In this document: one piece after another, positions 8,903 to 19,842 of the stretch
How positions within the stretch are numbered: the stretch's first letter is position 1
Layout: every line of letters starts with the position of its first letter
Assembly (NCBI GenBank): GCA_903876795.1
Contig: CAIRBK010000097.1
Coordinates: 17,012 to 81,011 of the forward strand
Length of the DNA: 64,000 nt
Reading direction: 5' to 3'
Source: an uncultured Verrucomicrobiota bacterium
Lineage (GTDB): Bacteria; Verrucomicrobiota; Verrucomicrobiia; Opitutales; Opitutaceae
The notes under the pieces: model-generated
The model's database searches: none
What the model was told of the DNA's origin: nothing
The model's input: only the letters and a program-made list of their open reading frames with translations
Translations under genes and position numbers: made by a program

Positions 8903-10972
8903 CTACGCAACCGGGGCCAGCCCGCTGCGAATCAGCAGCGCGGAGATGTCGGGATCGCGCCCCATGAAGCGGCGATAGAGTTCCGCCGGTTCGTGCGAGT
9001 TGCCCTTGCTCAGGATGTGCTCAACGAAGTCCGCGCCCACCTTGGGACTGAAAACGCCCTCGTGCTTGAAACGCGTGAACGCATCGGCGTCGAGCACCTC
9101 GGCCCACTTGTAGGAATAGTAGCCGGCGGCATAGCCCACCGGATCACTGAAGAGGTGGCCGAAGCGTTTGACGATGGTGCGTGCCGGCGGCTCGGTCGGA
9201 ATGATGCAATCGGCGACCAAGGCGCGTGCATGGGCCTCGATGTCGCCTGTGCCAAACTCCGAAGCCCGCATGTGCAGGAGCAGGTCCATTCGCGCGAACT
9301 GCACCTGGCGAATGGTGGCGCAGGCCGAACGGAAATTTTTCGCCGCAGTCATCTTTTGAAAAATGTCCCCGGGGATCGTCGTCCCCGTCTCGTGATGGCG
9401 CGCGAAGAGATCGAGGCTCTCGCGCTCCCAGCACCAGTTTTCCATGATCTGAGAAGGCAGCTCGACAAAGTCCCAGGCGACGTTGACGCCGTTGAGCGAC
9501 TTGATCTCCACCTCGCCGAGCAAGTGATGCAGGAGGTGGCCGAACTCGTGGAAAATCGTCTCCACCTCGTCGTGAGCCAGCAGCGCGGGTTTGCCCTCGG
9601 CCGGAGGGGTGAGGTTGCCGCAGATATAGCCGAGATGTGGAGCACGGGAGCCGTCGGGCTGCGGTCCGCCCGTGACGAGGTACCCCATCCACGCGCCGCC
9701 GCGCTTCGATTCGCGCGGGTGCCAGTCGGCGTAGAACGACCCCAGATGTCGCCCGCCCGCGTCGTGCAGGTCGTAGAACTTCACCTCGGGATGCCACACC
9801 TCGACCTTGCCGGCCGGCGACTCGTTAATCACCAGGCCGAAGACGCGGCCGGCCAGTTCAAAGAGACCCTTGATGACGCGGTCCATCGGAAGATAGGGAC
9901 GCAGCAGTTCGTCGTCGAAATCGTAACGTTCGCGGCGAAGTTTTTCCGCCCAATAACCGACCTCCCACGCCTTTAACGTCGAGCGCGTCCCGCCGGTTTT
10001 GCGGGCCTTGAACTCCTCCAGTTCGGCGCATTCACGGACGAACGCCGCGTGCGCACGGCCGCGCATGTCATCGATGAAATCCAAGGCGCGCTGGCCGCCC
10101 CCGGCCATCCGGCGGGCCAGGACGAGATCGGCAAAGTGGGGCTTTCCGAGCAGGCGGGCCTTCTCGTCGCGCAGCGCGAGTATCTTCTGCACCAGTGCGG
10201 CGTTGTCATGCGGAGGCAGGGCGCCGACGGCGGTCGCCGCCGTCCAGATCTCCTGCCGCAGGCTTTCGTCGTCGGCATATGTCATGACCGGCTCCTGCGA
10301 GGGCATGTGCAACGTGAAGCGCCACGCCGGTTTCTCGGAAGAGCCCAGCCCCTTGGCCTCGGCGCCACGCCGGGCGGCGGCGACGGCATGGGCGGGCAAT
10401 CCGCGCAGGCGCTCAGGGTCGGTCACGACCAATTCCCAGGCGTTGGTGGCGTCGAGGACGTTTTCCCCGTATTTCTGGGTGATCTCGGCGAGCTCGGTTT
10501 GAAGCGCTTCAAGCCGTGCACGCCGGTCGTCGGACAAGTCGGCTCCCGCCTGGCGAAACTCCTCGACCGTCTCGTCGATATGGCGGCGATGGATTCCAGT
10601 GAGGGCGGCCGCCGCCGGCGTGGCTGCGAAGGTTTTGAGCCGGTCCCACAGCGAGGCGTTCAGGGGAATGCCGGCGAAGAACGCGGAGACGGCGGGCAAC
10701 ATGGCGTTGTGCGCGTCGCGCAGCGCGGGCGAGTCGGCGACGGATTGCAGGTGCGTGACCTTGCCCCACGCATAGTTGAGCGTTTCGGTCGCCCGCTCCA
10801 GGGCTAGAAACGTATTCTCGTAGGTAAGCGTCGCCAAATCCCGGGTGGCAATCGCATGGACGGCGGCCTGCGCGTCGGCGAGCGCGGCCTCAATCGAGGG
10901 AACAACTTCGTCGGAGGTGTGGCGGGACCAGCGAACGGCAAACGTGGTGTCGAGAAACGATAAGGCGGGCAT
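8903..10972 (-). CDS. prlC: M3 family oligopeptidase A
   Basis: FHEFGHLLH zinc motif, DFVELPSQIMENW, KRGGAWM, GYYSYKWAEVLDADAF. Confidence 0.92.
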   Translation of the reverse strand: MPALSFLDTTFAVRWSRHTSDEVVPSIEAALADAQAAVHAIATRDLATLTYENTFLALERATETLNYAWGKVTHLQSVADSPALRDAHNAMLPAVSAFFAGIPLNASLWDRLKTFAATPAAAALTGIHRRHIDETVEEFRQAGADLSDDRRARLEALQTELAEITQKYGENVLDATNAWELVVTDPERLRGLPAHAVAAARRGAEAKGLGSSEKPAWRFTLHMPSQEPVMTYADDESLRQEIWTAATAVGALPPHDNAALVQKILALRDEKARLLGKPHFADLVLARRMAGGGQRALDFIDDMRGRAHAAFVRECAELEEFKARKTGGTRSTLKAWEVGYWAEKLRRERYDFDDELLRPYLPMDRVIKGLFELAGRVFGLVINESPAGKVEVWHPEVKFYDLHDAGGRHLGSFYADWHPRESKRGGAWMGYLVTGGPQPDGSRAPHLGYICGNLTPPAEGKPALLAHDEVETIFHEFGHLLHHLLGEVEIKSLNGVNVAWDFVELPSQIMENWCWERESLDLFARHHETGTTIPGDIFQKMTAAKNFRSACATIRQVQFARMDLLLHMRASEFGTGDIEAHARALVADCIIPTEPPARTIVKRFGHLFSDPVGYAAGYYSYKWAEVLDADAFTRFKHEGVFSPKVGADFVEHILSKGNSHEPAELYRRFMGRDPDISALLIRSGLAPVA

Positions 10973-11023
10973 AGGAACACCCAAGGGAAACCCATGCCCG
11001 CCGCTGTTCAAGCCTGCTAAAAA

Positions 11024-12868
11024 TCACCAGGCGTAGCGCACACCACCGGACATCTCGCGCGGAGCGCCCGGGACCAAGGGCACCTCCTCGTAGTAGATGT
11101 TCCAGAGGTTATCCACCTGGGCGAAGACCGAGAGCCCTTTCACGCGAGGCACCGTGTAATAGAGTCCAAACGAACTCAGGACGGGGTCGTCGTTGCCGCG
11201 ACGGAGAGCGTTCTCGGCCTGGTGGCGGTATTCGTTGTCGAGTCGGGCTTCAAGGCCGGCTCCGATGCGGGCGACCACGGCGACGGTCAGGCGTTGCTCG
11301 GCGTAATTAAGGGCGTAAAAGCTGCCGATGACGCCCGGCGCGCCGTAGTCGTAGGACTTGTCGAGCCATGCATAGCCGAAGACGAAATCGAAGGACCCTG
11401 CGGTGCGGCTGCTCATGAACTCCACGCCGGTGGTATCGACGTCGATGGGCCGTGCATCACGGGCGGACGCGGTCGAGGTGTAGACCCAATCGGCGAGATC
11501 CTTGTCGTTGCGGTAAAAGACTGCAGCCTTGGTTTGCCAGCCCGCAAACGAGCCGGACAGGCCTGTTTCCAGGGTTTGCGATGTTTGGCGGCCGATATCG
11601 GGATTGCCACGAAACAAACCGGCTGCGGGCGAATTGGTGGTGGTGTAGGTCGGCAACTGGCTGGACGACGAATACGAGGCGTAGACGCGCTGCAGCGGGG
11701 CGCTCTTCTGCACAAGGGCAAGCTCCGCCGTGGGCGACGTGCGGCCACCGTCGCGGTTGCTGTCGTCGTGATTCGCCCCAACGGTGAACACCAACGAGCG
11801 ATTGGCATCCACGGGCAAGGTGTATTCAGGAAAAAGTCCGGCGTAGTATTGAGAACGCGTGCGGTAGCGGCCGGCAGTCAGGGCGGTCGAGTTGAGGTCG
11901 TCGGCGATCAGGCCTGCGCGATAGCGCAGCGCGAGCGCTTCGTTGGCCGAGACCCGTCCGTCAAGGCCCGTGCCGTAAACATAGGTGGTATGCTGGTAGG
12001 GGTTGAACAGGCCGGGGATCAACCGATTGTATTCGTAATCGTCCACGTTGACGCGCTGGTAAGCGCCGAACTGCAGGTAATCGCCATCGGCGCCGAAGCT
12101 CGCGCGGTGGTTGAGTGCCGTGAGCGTGGTTTCCAGTTCGTCGGTCTCGGGGGTGTTGGCCCGGGCGTAGAGATTCACCCAGCCGGTAAACTTCTCCTGG
12201 CGGCCGAAAAACAGATCGGTCTGCGAAGAGGCGTCGGCAAGCTGGACGCGCGCGTTGTAGCGATTAAAGCGGTGGTCGCCGAAGGAACGGGCGCCGTCGG
12301 ACTCCGAATGGGCCACCGAGGCATCGGCCGCCAAGGTGCGTCCGGCGAGCTTCACGTCGCTCTTGTAGCCGGCGTAAAGTTCGGAGCGAAAGAGATTGTT
12401 ATCGCCCGCGCCGGCCGAAGCAAAACCGCCGGAGCGCACCGGCTGCCAGCCGTAGGTGACGGTGCCGGCGGTGGCGCCCCAGCCCGACAGGGCGTTGTCG
12501 GTTCCGGTGCGCACGGAAGGCGCGCTCAGCATCGCTGGGGCCACGGGCAACTCGGCCGAATAGTGGCCGGTCTGCGGATCGTAAATGGGCAACGCGCCGA
12601 TCTTGAAGCCGGTATTCTCAAACGTGCCGCCGCGGATCGCCACGTCGGATTGACCTTCCGCAAAATTGCGCGCCTGGACGTCCACCTGCGGTTCATAACG
12701 CAAGGCGGTCACCGGCATGGAAAAAGTGCCTGCGGAATCCTGATTGGCAACCACGCGGGAATAAACCGTGAGCGGAGCCATTTCAACGGGGGCGTCGGGA
12801 TTTACCACCTCTACGGCACGGGCGGAAGTTAACACGATCAAAGCGGTTAAAACGGAATAACGAGTCAT
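11024..12868 (-). CDS. TonB-dependent receptor
   Basis: Signal peptide, plug motif DVAIRGGTFEN, beta-strand-rich barrel, VDNLWN motif, terminal aromatic residue (RYAW). Confidence 0.85.
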   Translation of the reverse strand: MTRYSVLTALIVLTSARAVEVVNPDAPVEMAPLTVYSRVVANQDSAGTFSMPVTALRYEPQVDVQARNFAEGQSDVAIRGGTFENTGFKIGALPIYDPQTGHYSAELPVAPAMLSAPSVRTGTDNALSGWGATAGTVTYGWQPVRSGGFASAGAGDNNLFRSELYAGYKSDVKLAGRTLAADASVAHSESDGARSFGDHRFNRYNARVQLADASSQTDLFFGRQEKFTGWVNLYARANTPETDELETTLTALNHRASFGADGDYLQFGAYQRVNVDDYEYNRLIPGLFNPYQHTTYVYGTGLDGRVSANEALALRYRAGLIADDLNSTALTAGRYRTRSQYYAGLFPEYTLPVDANRSLVFTVGANHDDSNRDGGRTSPTAELALVQKSAPLQRVYASYSSSSQLPTYTTTNSPAAGLFRGNPDIGRQTSQTLETGLSGSFAGWQTKAAVFYRNDKDLADWVYTSTASARDARPIDVDTTGVEFMSSRTAGSFDFVFGYAWLDKSYDYGAPGVIGSFYALNYAEQRLTVAVVARIGAGLEARLDNEYRHQAENALRRGNDDPVLSSFGLYYTVPRVKGLSVFAQVDNLWNIYYEEVPLVPGAPREMSGGVRYAW

Positions 12869-12918
12869 CCCCCCCATGCCTACGAAATCCGAAGCTAAAA
12901 CCAAGCCTATTGTTATTG

Positions 12919-12940
12919 TGTTAATGAGCTTCCATTAACA
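12919..12940. promoter_or_regulatory. Candidate transcription factor operator upstream of the TonB-dependent receptor
   Basis: Perfect AT-rich inverted repeat TGTTAATG-N6-CATTAACA in the short intergenic region. Confidence 0.6.
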
Positions 12941-12956
12941 ATGGATTCATCCGGTC

Positions 12957-12986
12957 AAAAAAAAGCCCACCGGTTGGTCGGTGGGC
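12957..12986 (-). terminator. Rho-independent terminator of the ferredoxin gene
   Basis: GCCCACCG-N6-CGGTGGGC stem followed by a T8 tract on the minus strand. Confidence 0.8.
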
Positions 12987-13010
12987 GGGAGAGAGAAGCG
13001 GTCGATGGTA

Positions 13011-13247
13011 TCAGGCGTCGCCGTCGTTTCCGATGGCTTCTACCGGGCAGCCTTCAAGAGCTTCCATGCAGAGAGCGATGTCTTCCTCTGTCTCAGGCTG
13101 CTTGTGGACGAAAGAGTAGCCACCCTCGTCGTGGCGGGTGAAGAAGCCCGGCGCGGTTTCGCGACAGAGATCGCAGTCGATGCACTGCTGATCGACGTAG
13201 AACTTACCGGTGATATTTTGATCCCATTTATCTGCTTTGTTGGCCAT
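13011..13247 (-). CDS. Ferredoxin
   Basis: 78 aa, CIDCDLC and CPVEAI cysteine motifs. Confidence 0.9.
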   Translation of the reverse strand: MANKADKWDQNITGKFYVDQQCIDCDLCRETAPGFFTRHDEGGYSFVHKQPETEEDIALCMEALEGCPVEAIGNDGDA

Positions 13248-13401
13248 GGCTAACGCAAGAAAACCGAATGAACTCGACTGTCAAGCGGCCATCCTTGCAG
13301 CCGATTGTTTTGGGACCGCACCCCGGTCATAAGCAAAAAACGGCCTTCCTCTTGGGTGGCGGCTTGTGTTTGTCGCAGGCAGAAGCACTATTGGAGGGAG
13401 C

Positions 13402-14286
13402 ATGATATTTGACCGCCCCTACATGCGCCAATCAAACGAGCGCCCGTCGATCCCGGCGCTCGGGTGGCTGATCATTTCGATCATCGCCGTATTCGTAGTA
13501 GAAAACATCTTTGTCCGCTGGTTTCATGGCGACCTCGGCCAGCAGTTCATCCGCTTCACCGCTCTTTCGCCGGAGGGTCTTAAAAGCGGCTTCGTCTGGA
13601 CGCTCGCTTCGCATGGATGGATCCACCATCCGGACAACCTTCTCAGCCTCGTCTTCACGCTGCTGGCGCTCTTCGTGTTTGGGCGGTCGGTCGTCGAGGA
13701 GATCGGTCCCAAGCGGTTTCTGGGAGTGTTCATCGGCGCGGTGACGCTCGGCGGTCTTACCTGGCTGGCTGTCAACTGGAGTCGAGCAGACACGCTGTTC
13801 GGCGCGTCTGCCGGTGTGAGTGCCATGATTGTACTTTTTGCCTGTTTAAACCCCGAACAGCCAATCACCCTTTTCCTGGTTGATGTCGGAATGCGCGCCA
13901 AGCACCTGGCCTTGGGTTTATTCGCTATCGACGTGCTGGGCCTGGTGCTCGTCGAGATTCCCGGCCGCAGCTCCTGGTTCTCGATGGCCCACTCGGCCCA
14001 CCTGGGAGGCATGGCTGCCGGCTGGATTTACTTCCGCATGGCTCATCAAGGCCGCTGGCTGATCCCGGGAGAAAAGCCTACGATCGAGCTGCCCGGCTGG
14101 GCCCGCAAGGCGCGGAAGACCGACACCTCCGCACCCGTATACAAGATCAATCTGAGCAAACGCGAGGACCTCAAGGCCGAGGTTGATCGCATCCTCGACA
14201 AGATAAACAGCGAAGGATTCCAGTCGCTCACCGCCGAAGAAAAACGCCACCTCGACCAAGCCCGCGAACTGCTGGGCCGCCGCTGA
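13402..14286 (+). CDS. Rhomboid family intramembrane serine protease with a C-terminal soluble extension
   Basis: GASAG serine motif, AHLGG histidine motif, several TM helices, C-terminal EVDRILDKI..LTAEEK domain. Confidence 0.85.
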   Translation: MIFDRPYMRQSNERPSIPALGWLIISIIAVFVVENIFVRWFHGDLGQQFIRFTALSPEGLKSGFVWTLASHGWIHHPDNLLSLVFTLLALFVFGRSVVEEIGPKRFLGVFIGAVTLGGLTWLAVNWSRADTLFGASAGVSAMIVLFACLNPEQPITLFLVDVGMRAKHLALGLFAIDVLGLVLVEIPGRSSWFSMAHSAHLGGMAAGWIYFRMAHQGRWLIPGEKPTIELPGWARKARKTDTSAPVYKINLSKREDLKAEVDRILDKINSEGFQSLTAEEKRHLDQARELLGRR

Positions 14287-14357
14287 ACTGCCCCACTCCT
14301 AAACCCTCGCGCGCAGATTCAGATGAAACATCCTCCCGCCGCCACGTTCCCAATTTA

Positions 14358-16571
14358 ATGATGCATCTTTTCGCCCGCCACGCACGCAGTGCCCTGTCCC
14401 TTGCCGGAGTACTCCTGCTCGCAGCCTCCCTCCGTTCCCAACCCGAGGCCTCGTTCCAACCTCCGCCGCTTCTGGATGTCGAGGCGCGCACCCTCATTCG
14501 GCTGCTCGAAGAGGTTCACTACAACCGCGACAGTGTGAGCGCCGCCAGCTACGCCGAGGTCATTCCCGACTATATGGCCGCTCTCGACGGCCAGCATTTG
14601 TTCTTCCTAGAGACCGACAAACAGGAGTTCATCGCCCGCCACCGGCCCGAATCCCTCTATTGGACCATCACCTCCATGGGCAAGATCGACCCGGCCTACG
14701 CCATTTTCTCCGTTTACCAAAAACGTGTCACCGAACGCGTGGCCTGGATCCAGGACGCCCTCAAAAGGGAGTTCGATTTCAACTCCACGGACAGCTACCT
14801 GATTGATCGCGCCAAATCCGTCTGGCCCGACTCCGCCTCAGACGCCGATGCTCTTTGGGGGCAGCGCCTGCGCTTCGAATTGATAAAGGAACTGCTGAAC
14901 AAAAAGACCATCGAGGAGGCCAAGAAGAACGTCGGCAAGCGCTACGATCGCATGCTTAAAAACCTCGGGGACATGGAAAGCTCCGACGTCTCCGAGCTTT
15001 TCCTGGCCAGCATCGCGCGCCTCTACGATCCCCACTCCACCTACTTCTCCGCCGACACCTACGAAGACTTCGGCATCCAAATGCGCCTGCAGCTTGTCGG
15101 CATCGGCGCCCTTCTGGGCATCGAGGATGATCAATGCGTGATCAAGGACATCATCCCCGGCGGCCCGGCCGACTTGGACAAACAAATCAAGCCGAACGAC
15201 AAGATCATCGCCGTCGCCCAGGATAACGGCGAACCCGTCGAGGTCATAGGCATGAAACTGCGCAAAATCGTCGATATGATCCGGGGCGCCAAGGGCACGC
15301 GCGTACGCCTTCTCATCGAGCCGTCGGAAGGGGCCGAATCTGCGATCCGCAAAGAGATCGTGCTCACTCGCAACGTGGTGAACCTCGACTCCTCCCGCGC
15401 CCACGGCGCCATTTTTGAGGTACCCGACTCCGAAGGAAAAATCACGCCAGTCGGCGTGATCACCCTGCCCACCTTTTACGGCCCCGACGCCTCCGCCGAA
15501 GGCAAGGCCCAGAACAGCGCCACCAAGGACATCGAGGAAATCCTCGGCCGCATGAAGGCCTCCGGCATCCGCGGCGTGGTGCTGGATCTGCGTCGCAACG
15601 GCGGCGGCCTCCTCACCGAGGCCATCACGCTCACCGGCTTGTTCATCAAGGACGGCCCGGTTGTCCAGGTCCGCTCCTACTCCGGCGAAATCAAGATCGA
15701 TGACGACGATGACCCCTCGGTGGCCTACGATGGTCCGCTGGCTGTGTTGGTTTCCCGCTTCAGCGCCTCGGCATCCGAAATCGTGGCCGGTGCGCTCCAG
15801 AACTACGGACGCGCCGTCATCGTCGGCGACCGCTCCACCCACGGCAAGGGCACCGTCCAGACCGTCCTGGAGCTGCGCAACCTCGTCCCTAGACTCGCCA
15901 GCAGCGGAGCCAAGAGCGGCGCGACCAAGCTCACCGTCCAGAAATTCTACCTGCCCAACGGCGCCTCCACTCAACTCAAAGGCGTGACCCCCGACATCAT
16001 CCTGCCCTCGATAGACGACTTCCTGCCCATCGGAGAAGCCGACCTGCCCCACGCCCTTTCCTGGGATCAGATACCCTCCAGTATCTTCGATGGACGCCCG
16101 CTTACACCCTCCCAACTCAAGCCCATCGTCGCAGCCAGCGGTAAACGTCAGGAATCGCTTGAGGAATTCGCCTACCTTCGGCGCGCCATCGATTGGTTCA
16201 AGGTCCGCCAGGAACAGAAAGCCGCCTCCCTCAATCTGGATCAGCGTAAACAACAAAAAGAGGCCGACGAAGTGCTCCGCAAAACCATGAAGGAAGAGCG
16301 CAAAAAGCTCGCGGCCGGTGCGTTTAAATTCTCCGAGGTGATGCTGGCCCCTCCTCCCGCCGCTCGCGCCAACAAACCCGACAGCAAGGACGACGAGAGT
16401 CCGATCAGCGATGACGCGGACTCCGGCACCGATGAAAAAGAGCGCTACAGCCCCGTGGACATCCCGCTTCGCGAGGCGCTTCGTGTGGTCAACGATCTGA
16501 TCCCTCGCTCCGTGCCTCCGTCTGCCCCCGCCCCCGGGGGCACCAGCGTGGCGACCATCGTTGCCCCCTGA
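14358..16571 (+). CDS. prc: Carboxy-terminal processing (tail-specific) protease
   Basis: DPHSTY, PDZ region, LDLRRNGGGLL, SASASEIVAGALQ, GKGTVQ, STQLKGV.PDI. Confidence 0.92.
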   Translation: MMHLFARHARSALSLAGVLLLAASLRSQPEASFQPPPLLDVEARTLIRLLEEVHYNRDSVSAASYAEVIPDYMAALDGQHLFFLETDKQEFIARHRPESLYWTITSMGKIDPAYAIFSVYQKRVTERVAWIQDALKREFDFNSTDSYLIDRAKSVWPDSASDADALWGQRLRFELIKELLNKKTIEEAKKNVGKRYDRMLKNLGDMESSDVSELFLASIARLYDPHSTYFSADTYEDFGIQMRLQLVGIGALLGIEDDQCVIKDIIPGGPADLDKQIKPNDKIIAVAQDNGEPVEVIGMKLRKIVDMIRGAKGTRVRLLIEPSEGAESAIRKEIVLTRNVVNLDSSRAHGAIFEVPDSEGKITPVGVITLPTFYGPDASAEGKAQNSATKDIEEILGRMKASGIRGVVLDLRRNGGGLLTEAITLTGLFIKDGPVVQVRSYSGEIKIDDDDDPSVAYDGPLAVLVSRFSASASEIVAGALQNYGRAVIVGDRSTHGKGTVQTVLELRNLVPRLASSGAKSGATKLTVQKFYLPNGASTQLKGVTPDIILPSIDDFLPIGEADLPHALSWDQIPSSIFDGRPLTPSQLKPIVAASGKRQESLEEFAYLRRAIDWFKVRQEQKAASLNLDQRKQQKEADEVLRKTMKEERKKLAAGAFKFSEVMLAPPPAARANKPDSKDDESPISDDADSGTDEKERYSPVDIPLREALRVVNDLIPRSVPPSAPAPGGTSVATIVAP

Positions 16572-16593
16572 GTCGGCTCCTTGCGCTTCTCGC

Positions 16594-17448
16594 TCAACCC
16601 GGGGCGGGTCTTGCAAACACAAACCGGTCACGATCGGTGAGATCGCGGCATGACTCGAACCCGACCAACCCGGCCGACTTCACCATAGCGGCCAGAGCCC
16701 CATGCTGGGCGATGCCGGTCTCCAGGGCGAGCCAGCCGCCCGCCGCCAACCGACCCGAAGCCCCCGCGATGATCGTGCGCAAATCGGCCAGCCCGGCCTC
16801 TGAGGCCGTCAACGCCGCGGCGGGCTCGTGCGCCCGCACCTCGGGCTCGGCCGAGGCGGTTTCCTCCGCCGTCAAGTAGGGCGGATTGGCCACGATGACG
16901 TCGAACGGCGGCTCGTCGGCCAAGGCGGCATACCAATCCGACCGCACAAATCGCACCCTCGCATCAAGCGCCAGCGTCCGGGCGTTTTCGGCGGCCAGGG
17001 CGAGGGCATCCTCGCTGGCGTCCACCGCCGTGACGGTTGCGGTGTCAAAGCGCTTGGCCAAGGACAGGGCGATCGCCCCCGAGCCGGTCCCCAGGTCAAG
17101 GATGCGCGCCGGCGGTTGCGTGATTCGTCCGACCAACAACTCGACAAGCAGCTCCGTCTCGGACCGCGGGATCAGCGCCCGCCGGTCCACCTTGAACCGC
17201 AATCCCGACCACTCGGTCTCGCCCAGAATGTATTGCAACGGTTCTCGCTGCCCGCGCCTCTTCACCAGGGGCCGGATCTTTTCCAGGTCCGCCTCGGGCA
17301 GCACGCGCTCGAACTGAAGATAGACCTGCATGCGCTTTAAACCCAAGGCGTGGCCGATCAGCAATTCCGCGTTGAGACGGGCCGATTCCACACCTTTCCC
17401 GGTCAGGAAATCCGTGGTTTTTTGAACGACTTCCAGCAGCGTGATCAT
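16594..17448 (-). CDS. prmC: Release factor glutamine methyltransferase
   Basis: EPLQYILG, ALIPRSETE, LDLGTGSG, ANPPY; directly downstream of prfA. Confidence 0.95.
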   Translation of the reverse strand: MITLLEVVQKTTDFLTGKGVESARLNAELLIGHALGLKRMQVYLQFERVLPEADLEKIRPLVKRRGQREPLQYILGETEWSGLRFKVDRRALIPRSETELLVELLVGRITQPPARILDLGTGSGAIALSLAKRFDTATVTAVDASEDALALAAENARTLALDARVRFVRSDWYAALADEPPFDVIVANPPYLTAEETASAEPEVRAHEPAAALTASEAGLADLRTIIAGASGRLAAGGWLALETGIAQHGALAAMVKSAGLVGFESCRDLTDRDRFVFARPAPG

Positions 17449-17451
17449 GAG

Positions 17452-18573
<1,122 letters not shown>

Positions 18574-18697
18574 GCAAAGTGAGTTGAAGACCGCCGCCGA
18601 CTGCGGCATTTGCGCGTTGCGAAGGCTTGCGCGAGCGGCTTGTGTAAGCCCGCTCGACGCGTGCCGAGGCAATCCTGCCTAGCGGTGTTGATCAAAC

Positions 18698-19732
18698 ATG
18701 GCCACGACGCTCTTCACTCAGAACACCATCGCGTGCATCTGGGATTTCGACAAGACCTTAATCCCCGAATACATGCAGTCTCCCTTGTTCCGTCGCTACG
18801 ACGTGAATGAGCAGAACTTCTGGCACGAAACCAACAGCCTCGTGGCCCACTACCGCCAGCGCGGCTACCAGCTTTCCGGGGAAATCGCCTACCTCAACCA
18901 CATCCTCACCCATGTGCTTGCGGGCCAGATGGCGGGCCTCAACAACCGCATCCTGCGGGAATGCGGGAGGGAAATTCGATTCTATCCGGGGATGCCGGTG
19001 TTTTTCGAGCGCAGCCGCAGCTTCGTGACCGAAAAGCCAGAATATCAAAAACACGAGATCACCCTGGAGCACTACATCGTGAGCACGGGCCTGGCCGAGA
19101 TGATCCGCGGCAGCGCGGCGGCCCCCTTGGTGGACGGCATCTGGGGATGCGAATTCGTCGAAAACCCGCTCCAGCCCGGCTTTCTCAAGCAGAAGGAACT
19201 CGACCTCGCCGCCGAGGCCGAAATCGCCCAGATCGGCATGGTCATCGACAACACCACCAAGACCCGGGCGATTTTCGAGATCAACAAGGGCACAAACAAA
19301 AACCCCGCCATCGACGTCAACGCCAACATCAGGCCGGAGGACCGTCGCATCCCGTTACAAAACATGATCTACATCGCCGACGGGCCGAGCGACATCCCCA
19401 GCTTTTCCGTGGTCAAGGGTGGCGGCGGCAAGGCCTACGCCGTTTACAATCCCGACTCCACCGCCGAATTCGAGCAAAACGACCGCCTGCGCCAGGTGGG
19501 CCGCATCGACCACTACGGCCCGGCCGATTACGACGAAAAGAGCCCCACGTCGCGTTGGCTGCGTCTGCAAATCCATAAGATATGCGACCGCATCGTGGCC
19601 GACCGCGAAGCCGCCGTCTCACAGCGCGTCACCCGTCCGCCGAAGCATCTTTCAAGCGCCGACGAGGCGGAAACCACCGCCCGTGCCGTCATGATCGACC
19701 GACAAACAACGTTCATCGACGAAGTGAAGTAA
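18698..19732 (+). CDS. HAD-superfamily hydrolase
   Basis: DFDKT motif I, YIVSTG, YIADGPSDIP motif IV. Confidence 0.8.
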   Translation: MATTLFTQNTIACIWDFDKTLIPEYMQSPLFRRYDVNEQNFWHETNSLVAHYRQRGYQLSGEIAYLNHILTHVLAGQMAGLNNRILRECGREIRFYPGMPVFFERSRSFVTEKPEYQKHEITLEHYIVSTGLAEMIRGSAAAPLVDGIWGCEFVENPLQPGFLKQKELDLAAEAEIAQIGMVIDNTTKTRAIFEINKGTNKNPAIDVNANIRPEDRRIPLQNMIYIADGPSDIPSFSVVKGGGGKAYAVYNPDSTAEFEQNDRLRQVGRIDHYGPADYDEKSPTSRWLRLQIHKICDRIVADREAAVSQRVTRPPKHLSSADEAETTARAVMIDRQTTFIDEVK

Positions 19733-19791
19733 CCCGCAAGGCCCCTGCTTATTGCGTAGTACTTGAGTGATTAGGCACGGTTCGTAACAAC

Positions 19792-19827
19792 AAAAAACCC
19801 CGGAACCTTTCGGTTGCCGGGGTTTTG
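19792..19827. terminator. Bidirectional rho-independent terminator between convergent genes
   Basis: AAAACCCCGG..CCGGGGTTTT stem flanked by A and T tracts. Confidence 0.8.
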
Positions 19828-19842
19828 AAGGACTAAGTCAAA

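Noticed and set aside
12869-12960. Cobalamin riboswitch upstream of the TonB-dependent receptor
   Set aside because: The gap is under 100 nt and has no B12-element motifs
14838-16631. Long alternative-frame or antisense ORFs (e.g. 14838..16631, 38183..40057, 45952..47874, 11222..12832, 58751..60067)
   Set aside because: They overlap motif-supported genes on the other strand and carry no recognisable motifs
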